Shown piece after piece: positions 1 through 8,530 of a stretch of DNA of 64,000 nucleotides. Every line of letters starts with the position of its first letter. The stretch's first letter is position 1. The stretch spans positions 703 to 64,702 of the forward strand of contig PBAO01000034.1 in assembly GCA_002715985.1 (NCBI GenBank), in the 5' to 3' direction. This DNA comes from Lysobacterales bacterium. Its GTDB lineage: Bacteria; Pseudomonadota; Gammaproteobacteria; Nevskiales; Salinisphaeraceae. A program made the translations under genes and the position numbers. Below the pieces are notes generated by a model, which saw only the letters and a program-made list of their open reading frames with translations, was not told the origin of the DNA and made no database searches.

Positions 1-50
1 TTCGCCAGGGCCAGAAACTCCTGGGCGTGATCGCGGGGGTTGTCGGGCAT
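1..50 (-). CDS. 5' end of a gene running off the window, probably orotate phosphoribosyltransferase (partial)
   Basis: Reverse strand from ATG at 50 reads MPDNPRDHAQEFLALA. The divergent pyrE-xth-ampG order is familiar in gammaproteobacteria, but only 16 codons are visible. Confidence 0.4.
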   Translation of the reverse strand, partial: MPDNPRDHAQEFLALA

Positions 51-152
51 GGGCACAGTGTCCGTCGTAGGGTAGCGAGCACGTATGATAAGAGCCTGTC
101 AGCGATGCGGCGAGCCGTATCCCGTGATTCAACAGCAACCGGAAGACGTTTC

Positions 153-944
153 ATGCGGGTGATGTCCTTCAACGCCAACGGCATACGTGCCGCCCAGCGC
201 AAAGGCTTTTTCGAATGGATGGCCGCCCAGGATCCGGACGTGGTCTGTATCCAGGAGCTCAAGGCACAGCAGCACCAGCTGGAGGGCATCGAGGCCTTCT
301 GGCCGGCCGGCTATCACTGTTTCTACGAGGAGGCGACCTCGCGCAAGGGCTATTCCGGCGTGGCGATCTATTCCAAGCGCGCACCGGACCAGGTCATCCG
401 CGGCATGGGTCATCCCGAGTTCGATGCCGAGGGCCGGTATATCGAGGCTGTTTTCGAGCAAGACGACGGCCCGCTGCGTATCGCCAGCCTCTATGCTCCC
501 TCGGGCTCCTCGGGCGATCATCGCCAGGATTCCAAGGAACGCTATCTGGTGCACTTCATCGATGTGCTGCAGGCCAAGGCGGCTGCGCCCGGCGAATACC
601 TGGTCTGCGGCGACTGGAATATCGCGCACAAGGAAATCGATCTGAAGAACTGGAAGAACAACAGGAAGAACTCGGGCTTTCTGCCGCACGAGCGGGCCTG
701 GATGGATCGCCTGTTCGACGAGGTCGGCCTGGTGGATGTCTTTCGCCGGGTCAATCCGAACGAGGATCAGTTCACCTGGTGGTCCCAGCGCGGGGCGGCC
801 TGGGACAACAACGTGGGCTGGCGGATCGATTATCACGTGGCCACACCGGGACTGGCTGCCACGGCCACGGCCGAGCACGTCTATCGTGAAACCCGGCTGT
901 CCGATCATGCCCCGCTGACGATCGATTACGATGCCCGGTTCTGA
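153..944 (+). CDS. xth: Exodeoxyribonuclease III / AP endonuclease
   Basis: MRVMSFNANGIRAA, CIQELK, GDWNIAH, WRIDY and SDHAP motifs. Start trimmed to ATG 153. Confidence 0.93.
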   Translation: MRVMSFNANGIRAAQRKGFFEWMAAQDPDVVCIQELKAQQHQLEGIEAFWPAGYHCFYEEATSRKGYSGVAIYSKRAPDQVIRGMGHPEFDAEGRYIEAVFEQDDGPLRIASLYAPSGSSGDHRQDSKERYLVHFIDVLQAKAAAPGEYLVCGDWNIAHKEIDLKNWKNNRKNSGFLPHERAWMDRLFDEVGLVDVFRRVNPNEDQFTWWSQRGAAWDNNVGWRIDYHVATPGLAATATAEHVYRETRLSDHAPLTIDYDARF

Positions 945-951
945 ATTTCGC

Positions 952-2322
952 GTGAGCGGGCACGCCGGGGCCGCCCCGGGGCGACGGGATTGGCGGGCCG
1001 CGCTGTTCACCTATACCCGCCCGCGTGTCGTGGGCATGGGCTTTCTCGGGTTCTCCTCGGGCCTGCCGTTCCTGCTGGTCTTTTCCACGCTATCGGCGTG
1101 GCTGGCCACGGTGGGCGTGTCCAAGACCACGATCGGGCTGTTTTCCTGGCTGGGGCTGACCTACTCGTTCAAGTTTGTGCTGGCGCCGTTCATCGATCGG
1201 TTCCGGGTGCCGGGGCTGGGCGGGTGGCTGGGCAAACGGCGCTCGTGGATGCTCATCGCCCAGGCCGGGCTGATGTTCGGGCTGTTCTCGATGGCCGGCA
1301 CGAACCCGGCCGAGGCGTTGTCCACGCTGGCCTGGTTCGGCCTGCTGGTCGCCTTTTCGTCCTCAATACAGGATATCGCCATCGATGCCTGGCGCATCGA
1401 GGCCGTGGCCAACGATCAACAGGGGGCGATGGCAGCGACCTATCTGGCCGGTTATCGCATTGCCATGCTCGTGGCCGGCGCGGGGTCGTTCTATATCGCG
1501 GCCGGGGCGTCCTGGCCTACGGCGTATGTCGTGATGGCGGCACTCGTGGGCATCGGCATGATCACCGTGCTGCTGCTCGGCGAGCCGGATGTCGACGCCG
1601 AGGGCGAGATGGCCGTGCGCGAGCAGTGGGCTCTGGACTGGCTGGCCGCGCGCCGCCACCAGCCTGCCTGGATCCAGCGCACGCAGCGCTGGATCATTGG
1701 CGCGGTGATCTGTCCGTTCTGGGATTTTCTGGTTCGCTACGGGCGCGCAGCGCTTGTCATCCTGGCCGTGGTGGGGCTGTATCGGGCCTGCGAGATCACG
1801 CTGGCGGTCATGTCCAACCCGTTCTATCTGGATGCCGGCTACAGCCCGGAACAGATCGCCAGCGTGACCAAGATCTTCGGCCTGATCATGGTGCTGGCCG
1901 GGGCCGCGCTGGGCGGCGTGCTGGTCGCGCGGATCGGCGTATTGCGAGCGGCGCTCGTGGGGGCGGTGGTCTCGCCGGCTTCCAATCTGGTCTTCGTGTG
2001 GCTGTCGGTGCAGAGCGCGCCCGGCATCGTGGATCTGGCAGCCACGATTTCGGTGGAGAACCTGGCCAACGGCATGGCCATGACCGCGTTCATCGCTTAT
2101 TTATCCAGCCTGACTAATGTCGCTTATACGGCGACGCAATACGCGCTGTTTTCCTCGTTGATGACCTTGCCGGGCAAGTTCGTCGGCGGGTTCTCCGGCT
2201 GGGTGGTCGAGCGGTTCGGTTATGCCTGGTTCTTTTTCGATACCGCGCTGATCGGCGTGCCCGTAATCATCCTGCTCACCGGGCTGGTCATCGTCCAGCC
2301 ACGACACAAGGACACGACATGA
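952..2322 (+). CDS. ampG: AmpG-family muropeptide MFS transporter
   Basis: LGFSSGLPF, RRSWML, QDIAIDAWRIE and ATQYALFSSL motifs; many hydrophobic segments. Likely GTG start at 952. Confidence 0.9.
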   Translation: MSGHAGAAPGRRDWRAALFTYTRPRVVGMGFLGFSSGLPFLLVFSTLSAWLATVGVSKTTIGLFSWLGLTYSFKFVLAPFIDRFRVPGLGGWLGKRRSWMLIAQAGLMFGLFSMAGTNPAEALSTLAWFGLLVAFSSSIQDIAIDAWRIEAVANDQQGAMAATYLAGYRIAMLVAGAGSFYIAAGASWPTAYVVMAALVGIGMITVLLLGEPDVDAEGEMAVREQWALDWLAARRHQPAWIQRTQRWIIGAVICPFWDFLVRYGRAALVILAVVGLYRACEITLAVMSNPFYLDAGYSPEQIASVTKIFGLIMVLAGAALGGVLVARIGVLRAALVGAVVSPASNLVFVWLSVQSAPGIVDLAATISVENLANGMAMTAFIAYLSSLTNVAYTATQYALFSSLMTLPGKFVGGFSGWVVERFGYAWFFFDTALIGVPVIILLTGLVIVQPRHKDTT

Positions 2323-3686
2323 CGGCGAAGACGTTATTCACGGTCGGTGCACTCGCGTTGGGCGGCGTTGCCGCTGCCCAGGCGGCGCCCGAGGCCGCGG
2401 GCCCTACCAAGGATGGGGCCGGGTCTGCGGCTCGCACGGCCATGACGCTATACAGCCAGGGCATGGCTGTGGTGCAGGCACAGCGTTCGCTGAGCCTGGA
2501 CAAAGGCACTCAGACCGTGCGCTGGCCGGTCACGGCCCTGCCTGAAACATCGAGCCTGGCGCTGGTTGGCGACGGGCTTCGATTGACCGGTTTTGATGTG
2601 GCGGCCGGCGCGGGCCAGGGCCTGGCCGGGCGTATCGGTCAACGCGTCGTGCTCGGCGCCGGCCACGGTGACGATGCGACACGCCAGGGCACGCTGGTGG
2701 CCCTGGACGGTGACGCAGCCCTGGTTCGGGTGGATGATCGCATCGAGCGTATCGCGCTGTCCTCGCCGACGGTGATCGGCTGGCCCGCGCCCGAGGATGA
2801 CACGCAGCGCGTGCTGTCTCTGGATATCGCGGCCCGGACCGGTGGCCGACAGACCGCGACGTTGCTGTATCAGCGGGCGGCCCCTGCCTGGCAGGCCAGC
2901 TATACCGGCACGTTCGATGCCGAAACGGGCGCTTTGCGCGTCAATGCCTCGGCGATCATCGACAACCAGAGCAGCACCCCGCTCGATGCGGATCAGGCCT
3001 GGCTGGTGGCCGGCCAGCCCCAGCGGGCGGGTTACAACACGCCGCAGCCGGCCATGATGATGGCCAGCAAATCCCGCGTGTCCCACGACAGTCAGCCCGG
3101 CGCGCCCGAGCCCGCGGGCGGGTTGTATCGCTATCCGTTGCAGAACGGGTTGCATATCGCCGCCGGTGCCACGCGAGGCATGGCCCTGATGGCGCCGTTC
3201 ACGCTGGAGGCGACGCGTCGCACCACGTTCACGCACTATGCCACGGCCACCGGGCGCGGCGCGCGCGAGCACGCCATGCTGGCCCTGCACGCCAGAAACA
3301 GTACGAACAAGCCGTTACCGGCCGGCATGATCCGTATCTATGACGCTGATGCCCGGGCACAGCTTCTCGGCGGCGATACGCTGAATGATGTGCCCGCCGG
3401 TGCACCGATCGATCTCACGCTGGGCGAGGCCTTCGATATCACTGCCACGAGAGAGGTCGCGGCCACCGAGACGACCGATGAGCGCCGCGTGCACATGACG
3501 CTTTTCAACGCCACTCAGGCATCGCGCCAGGTGCGCATCGTCGAACGCCTGCCGGATAACGCACGTCTGGCCCCGGGTGCGCCGAAACCGGCCGGGCAGA
3601 CCGACGGCGCCCCGACCTGGCGGGTGACGATACCGGCCGGCGGGCAGACCGATTTCTCGTATCGTTTCGTCATCGACAACGGCTGA
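2319..3686 (+). CDS. Exported DUF4139-like protein
   Basis: Signal peptide; TLYSQGMAVV, WQASY, PLPAGMIRIY and LGEAFDI segments resemble DUF4139. ATGA overlap with ampG. Confidence 0.65.
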   Translation: MTAKTLFTVGALALGGVAAAQAAPEAAGPTKDGAGSAARTAMTLYSQGMAVVQAQRSLSLDKGTQTVRWPVTALPETSSLALVGDGLRLTGFDVAAGAGQGLAGRIGQRVVLGAGHGDDATRQGTLVALDGDAALVRVDDRIERIALSSPTVIGWPAPEDDTQRVLSLDIAARTGGRQTATLLYQRAAPAWQASYTGTFDAETGALRVNASAIIDNQSSTPLDADQAWLVAGQPQRAGYNTPQPAMMMASKSRVSHDSQPGAPEPAGGLYRYPLQNGLHIAAGATRGMALMAPFTLEATRRTTFTHYATATGRGAREHAMLALHARNSTNKPLPAGMIRIYDADARAQLLGGDTLNDVPAGAPIDLTLGEAFDITATREVAATETTDERRVHMTLFNATQASRQVRIVERLPDNARLAPGAPKPAGQTDGAPTWRVTIPAGGQTDFSYRFVIDNG

Positions 3687-3712
3687 TCGCTGCCGGCCGG
3701 GGCAGACTGGCG

Positions 3713-4603
3713 TCAGTGATCGCGTTTGACGATCTCCGCGGCGAGGGCGCGCAGATCGTCGGCGGCCTCGCCCAGGACGTCGAGGGCAGCCGTGGCCTCG
3801 GTGTAGAGGCGCTCGGCGAAGGCCTTGGCCTCGGCCAGCCCCATCAGTGCGGGGTAGGTGGCCTTGTCGTGGGCGATATCAGCGCCCTGTTGCTTGCCGA
3901 GCGCCTCGGTCGTGCCCTCGATGTCCAGCACATCGTCGCGAACCTGAAAGGCCAGGCCGATCCGCTGGGCAAAGACCTCCAGAGCATCGATGACATCGGC
4001 TGATGCCTCGTCAGCTGCCGAGGCCGCCATCATCACGCAGGCCGAGAGCAGGGCGCCGGTCTTGAGGTGATGGATGGTCTCGAGATCCTCGAGGGTGACG
4101 TCGCTTCGGGCCTCGCTGGCCATATCCAGGGCCTGGCCGCCGACCATGCCGCGCGAGCCGACCGCGGCGGCCAGACAGCGCATGACCGCCACGCGAGCGG
4201 CCGGCCGATCATCCAGGCCGCCGTGGGTGGCTACGATTTCAAACGCCAGCGATTGCAAAGCATCGCCGGCGAGAATCGCCGTGGCGTCATCGAAGGCTTT
4301 ATGCGTGGTCGGCCGGCCCCGGCGCAGATCGTCGTCGTCCATGGCCGGCAGGTCGTCGTGGACCAGCGAGTAGGCATGGATCAGCTCGATGGCCGCGGCG
4401 GCCCCATCCACGCGTGCCAGCGGCACGCCCAGCGCCGTGGCCGTGGCATAGACCAGGCGCGGACGCACCCGCTTGCCCGGTGAAAGCGCGCCGTAGCGCA
4501 TGGCTTCATGCAGGCGCGCCGGCGCGCGGTCCTCGGTCGGCAGGCAGGCAGCAAGCACGTGCTCGATGCGTTGGCTATAATGCGTCGCTTGATTGGGTTC
4601 CAT
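3713..4603 (-). CDS. ispA: Farnesyl diphosphate synthase (polyprenyl synthetase)
   Basis: GKRVRP, first aspartate-rich motif HDDLPAMDDDDLRRG, GQALD, KTGAL and second motif FQVRDDVLD. Confidence 0.95.
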   Translation of the reverse strand: MEPNQATHYSQRIEHVLAACLPTEDRAPARLHEAMRYGALSPGKRVRPRLVYATATALGVPLARVDGAAAAIELIHAYSLVHDDLPAMDDDDLRRGRPTTHKAFDDATAILAGDALQSLAFEIVATHGGLDDRPAARVAVMRCLAAAVGSRGMVGGQALDMASEARSDVTLEDLETIHHLKTGALLSACVMMAASAADEASADVIDALEVFAQRIGLAFQVRDDVLDIEGTTEALGKQQGADIAHDKATYPALMGLAEAKAFAERLYTEATAALDVLGEAADDLRALAAEIVKRDH

Positions 4604-4766
4604 CGGCGGTTCGTCACTGTTGCCGCCGGCCGGGACAAGCCGTCGGCGAGGTCGGTGGCGGGCTAGCTAGCCATTGATCCCGGAAAGCGTCAAGCAAACC
4701 GCTTCGACGATCCGACCGCCGGCCAGCCTTACCCTGGCCGCACGATAACTGGGAAGTCGCTCGTTC

Positions 4767-7700
4767 ATGTCACAAGCACCTCTTCAGACGCATTCGGCGC
4801 GCCGGGCGCTGGCTTTTCAGGACGAGATCCTGCCAAGTGTCTCGCGTACGTTTGCCTTGACCATTCCCGAGCTGCCCGAACCGCTGCGGGTGGCCATCGG
4901 CAATGCGTATCTGTTGTGTCGGATCGCTGACACCATCGAGGACGATGCCGAGATGGCGCGTGCCGACAAGGCCGCCTGGCACGCAGCCTTCGTGGCCGTG
5001 GTCGAGACCGGGCAGGGCGCAACCGACTTCGGCGCTCGTCTGGCCCCGCTGCTGTGTGACGACACGCTGGCCGAAGAGCGCCGCCTGGTCGAGAACACCG
5101 ATGAAGTGATGACCGTCACCCAGGGGCTGGGTATCACGCGCCAGATGGCCGTGGCCCGCTGTGTGCGCATCATGTGCGACGGCATGCCCGAATACGAAGG
5201 CGCGGCCACGGTCGACGGCCTGCCGACGTTGCCCCATCTGGATCGCTACTGCTATTTCGTGGCCGGCGTGGTGGGCGAGATGCTCACCACGCTGTTCACC
5301 GACTATGAGCCCGGCATGGGCGAACACGATGCCGAGCTCAATCGTCTGGCGGTGTCGTTCGGGCAAGGGCTACAGATGACCAATATCCTCAAGGATATCT
5401 GGACCGACCGAGGGCGCGGCGTGTGCTGGCTGCCGCGCGATGTGTTTGCCCGCCACGGTTTCGATCTGTCCACGCTGACCGCCGGCGGCAGCTCAGACCC
5501 GGCCTTTGCCGCCGGCCTGTCCGAGCTGATCGGTCTGGCCCATGGCCATCTGCGCAATGCGCTCGACTACACGCTGACGATTCCCGGCCATCAGAAAGGC
5601 ATCCGTCGATTCTGTCTGTGGGCGATCGGCCTGGCGCTATTGACCCTGCGCAAGATCCAGAACAACCCGCGTTTCACCGACTCCCGCCAGGTGAAAGTAT
5701 CGCGGCGCAGCGTGCAGGCCACGGTGCTGACGACCAATCTCGCCGTCTCCGACGATGACCGTCTGCGGCATCTGTTTCACATGACGGCTGCAGACCTGCC
5801 TGCACTCACGCCCAAGGTGGCCGCGGATCCCGGCGCGCCGATCGATGATCTGGCGGAGCTGCCGGCCAACCAAACATGGCAGGCCGAGGCACCGCCCGGC
5901 CTGGAGGAGGCGATCGGTGCCGCGGTCGCGCGGCTGCACGCCGACCAGAAACCCGACGGGCACTGGTGCTACGAGTGCGAGGCCGATTGCACCATCCCGG
6001 CCGAATACATCCTCATGATGCACTTCGTCGGCGATGTGGATCAGGCGCTACAGACCCGTATCGCCCGCTTCATCCGCGCCAAGCAGGCCGCCCACGGCGG
6101 CTGGCCCCTCTACTACGGCGGTGATCTGGATCAGTCGTGCTCGGTGAAGAGCTACTACGCGCTCAAGCTGGCCGGCGACGATGTGGATGCCGCCCATATG
6201 GTGCATGCCCGCGAGGCCATTCGTGCCCGCGGCGGGGCCGGCAACGTCAATGTCTTCACCTTGATCGCGCTGGCCCAGTTCGGCCAGGTGCCCTGGCGGG
6301 CGGTGCCCTTCATTCCGGTGGAGGTGATGCTCATGCCCGAAGCCTCGCCGTTTCACCTGAGCAAGGTCTCCTACTGGTCGCGCACGGTGATGGTGCCGCT
6401 GTTCATTCTGACCAGCCTGCGGGTCATGGCCAAGAACCCGGCCGGGGTCAACGTGCGCGAACTGTTCACGGTGCCGCCCGAGCAACAACGGGATTTCGTG
6501 CCGGTGGAGTCGCCGCTCCAGCATTTCTTCAAGGGCCTGGACGCCGTCGGGCGCAGTTTTGAACCGCTGATCCCGCAGTTCATCCGCAAGCGAGCGATCA
6601 AGAAGGCCGAGGCCTGGATCATCGAGCGTCTGAACGGCACCGACGGCATCGGCGCGATCTTCCCGGCGATGGTCAATGTCTACGAGGCCCTCGGCGAGCT
6701 GGGCTACAGCGCGGATCATCCCTACCGGGCCGATACCCGCAAGGCCATCGACGATCTGATCTTCGATCATGGCGATGCCGCCAATGTGCAGCCCTGTGCC
6801 TCGCCGGTCTGGGATACGTGTCTGGGCGGGCTGGCCCTGCAGGAAGCCGCGGGCACCGGCGATACCCCGGCGGTGCGTGCCGGGCTGGACTGGCTGGCCG
6901 CGCGCCAGGTCTGCGACGGGCCGGGCGACTGGCGCGATTTCCATCCCGATCTGCCCGGCGGTGGCTGGCCGTTCCAGTACGCCAACGACCACTATCCGGA
7001 TCTGGACGACACGGCCGCGGTCGCCTGGGCCATGTACAACACCGGCGATCACGCCACCTATGGCCGGGCGATCACCCGGGCCATGGACTGGCTGATCGGC
7101 ATGCAGTCGAAAAACGGCGGCATCGCGGCGTTCGATTCCGACAACAATCACGAATATCTCAACGCCATCCCGTTCGCCGATCACGGCGCGCTGCTCGATC
7201 CGCCCACGGCCGACGTCACCGCGCGCGTACTGGCCCTGGCCGGGCGCCTGCGCCGGCCCCAGGACGGCCCGTTCATTCGCCGCGCGCTGGCGTATATCAA
7301 GCATGAGCAGGAGGCCGACGGCTCCTGGTTCGGACGTTGGGGCACCAACTATATCTATGGCACCTGGTCGGTCCTGATGGCTGCCGAGACGCTGGGCGAA
7401 GACATGCGCCAGGACTGGATCCAGCGCGGCGTGGCCTATATCAAGGGCATGCAGCGCGCGGATGGCAGCTGGGGCGAGGACAACGGCAGCTACTGGAATC
7501 CGCCGCGCGGGCGCGCCGATATCGCCACCAGCTTTCAGACAGCCTGGGCCATGCTGGCCCTGATGGCCGCCGGTGAGCGCGACAGCCGCGCCCTGGCGCG
7601 CGGGGCGGCCTGGCTGATCGCTGCCCAGGGTGAGGACGGCGCCTGGCACGACCCGGAACATACCGCGCCCGGCTTTCCGCGCGTGTTCTATCTCAAGTAT

Positions 7701-7805
7701 CACGGCTATACGCATTATTTCCCGATGTGGGCACTGGCGCGCTATCGCAACAGCCAGGCCGGCGTGGCCTCGCCGGTCAGCGCGCCGCTCGAATACGACA
7801 CATGA
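4767..7805 (+). CDS. shc: Fusion of squalene synthase (N-terminal ~345 aa) and squalene-hopene cyclase (C-terminal ~630 aa)
   Basis: N-terminal SRTF, RIADTIEDD, YCYFVAGVVG and GLQMTNILKDIWTD; C-terminal SPVWDT, YPDLDDTA, QW repeats (QKPDGHW, QEADGSW, QRADGSW) and GFPRVFYLKYHGY. One uninterrupted 1012-aa ORF. Confidence 0.93.
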   Translation: MSQAPLQTHSARRALAFQDEILPSVSRTFALTIPELPEPLRVAIGNAYLLCRIADTIEDDAEMARADKAAWHAAFVAVVETGQGATDFGARLAPLLCDDTLAEERRLVENTDEVMTVTQGLGITRQMAVARCVRIMCDGMPEYEGAATVDGLPTLPHLDRYCYFVAGVVGEMLTTLFTDYEPGMGEHDAELNRLAVSFGQGLQMTNILKDIWTDRGRGVCWLPRDVFARHGFDLSTLTAGGSSDPAFAAGLSELIGLAHGHLRNALDYTLTIPGHQKGIRRFCLWAIGLALLTLRKIQNNPRFTDSRQVKVSRRSVQATVLTTNLAVSDDDRLRHLFHMTAADLPALTPKVAADPGAPIDDLAELPANQTWQAEAPPGLEEAIGAAVARLHADQKPDGHWCYECEADCTIPAEYILMMHFVGDVDQALQTRIARFIRAKQAAHGGWPLYYGGDLDQSCSVKSYYALKLAGDDVDAAHMVHAREAIRARGGAGNVNVFTLIALAQFGQVPWRAVPFIPVEVMLMPEASPFHLSKVSYWSRTVMVPLFILTSLRVMAKNPAGVNVRELFTVPPEQQRDFVPVESPLQHFFKGLDAVGRSFEPLIPQFIRKRAIKKAEAWIIERLNGTDGIGAIFPAMVNVYEALGELGYSADHPYRADTRKAIDDLIFDHGDAANVQPCASPVWDTCLGGLALQEAAGTGDTPAVRAGLDWLAARQVCDGPGDWRDFHPDLPGGGWPFQYANDHYPDLDDTAAVAWAMYNTGDHATYGRAITRAMDWLIGMQSKNGGIAAFDSDNNHEYLNAIPFADHGALLDPPTADVTARVLALAGRLRRPQDGPFIRRALAYIKHEQEADGSWFGRWGTNYIYGTWSVLMAAETLGEDMRQDWIQRGVAYIKGMQRADGSWGEDNGSYWNPPRGRADIATSFQTAWAMLALMAAGERDSRALARGAAWLIAAQGEDGAWHDPEHTAPGFPRVFYLKYHGYTHYFPMWALARYRNSQAGVASPVSAPLEYDT

Positions 7806-8530
7806 CAGGGCCGGCTTGCGACCAGGTCGCTTATATCGCGGCCCTGCCCGGCGAGGCACGGGCGCTGGCGCGGCTTCCTGCCCTCGGCCAGGCCCGACGA
7901 GCCGACGGCAGCCGGGTGCGTCTGGGCGGCATGGGGCCCGAGCGCGCCGAGGCGGCCGCGCGAGCGGCGATCGCCGACGGCGCAAGCGCGCTGGTCAGCT
8001 GGGGGGTGGCCGCTGCACTGGCCCCGGGGCTGGCGGCGGGGGATCTGTTGCTGGCCGAGAAGACACGCAGCGCCGACGGCCGGGTGCGGGCCGTGGATGC
8101 GGCCTGGCGGGCCGCGGTCGTGGGCCGTCTTCCGATGGGCGTGGCCGCGCCGGCGGTCACGGTCACCGAGACACACGAAATGATCGCCGACCCGGCGGCC
8201 AAGCAGGCGCTGCACGCGACCACCGGCGCCGATGCCCTGGATATGGAAAGTGCCGCCATCGCGCGCGTGGCCGCCGAACACGGATTGGCCTTTCTTGCGA
8301 TACGGGTCGTGCTCGATGATGCCAGTACCGGCCTGCCGGCCGCCGCGCGGGTGGCCATGGACGACGCCGGGCATCTGCAGCCGCTGGCCCTGGCGCGCGG
8401 TCTGGTGCGCGCGCCCATGGCCCTGCATCACCAGCTGCGCGGACTCAAACAGCTGGCCGTGGCCTATCGCGCGGCACGCATCACGCTCGAGCGTGTGGCC
8501 GATGCCCTGACCGATACGGCGCCCGCATGA
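7802..8530 (+). CDS. hpnG: Hopanoid-associated nucleoside phosphorylase (HpnG-like)
   Basis: LVSWGVAAAL and ALDMESAAIARVA (purine nucleoside phosphorylase family); ATGA overlap with shc. Confidence 0.85.
   Translation: MTGPACDQVAYIAALPGEARALARLPALGQARRADGSRVRLGGMGPERAEAAARAAIADGASALVSWGVAAALAPGLAAGDLLLAEKTRSADGRVRAVDAAWRAAVVGRLPMGVAAPAVTVTETHEMIADPAAKQALHATTGADALDMESAAIARVAAEHGLAFLAIRVVLDDASTGLPAAARVAMDDAGHLQPLALARGLVRAPMALHHQLRGLKQLAVAYRAARITLERVADALTDTAPA

Noticed and set aside
153-944. Catalytically inactive Crc-type regulator
   Set aside because: The AP endonuclease catalytic motifs appear intact, so xth is the simpler call.
5876-6124. ATG near the SQS-SHC junction as a separate shc start
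   Set aside because: Out of frame with SHC; gives an 82-aa Arg-rich ORF with no motif.
6048-7985. 645-aa minus-strand ORF and many other long antisense ORFs (for example 16500-17969, 37449-39149, 56984-58372)
   Set aside because: Shadow frames of well-supported genes in high-GC DNA; no motifs.
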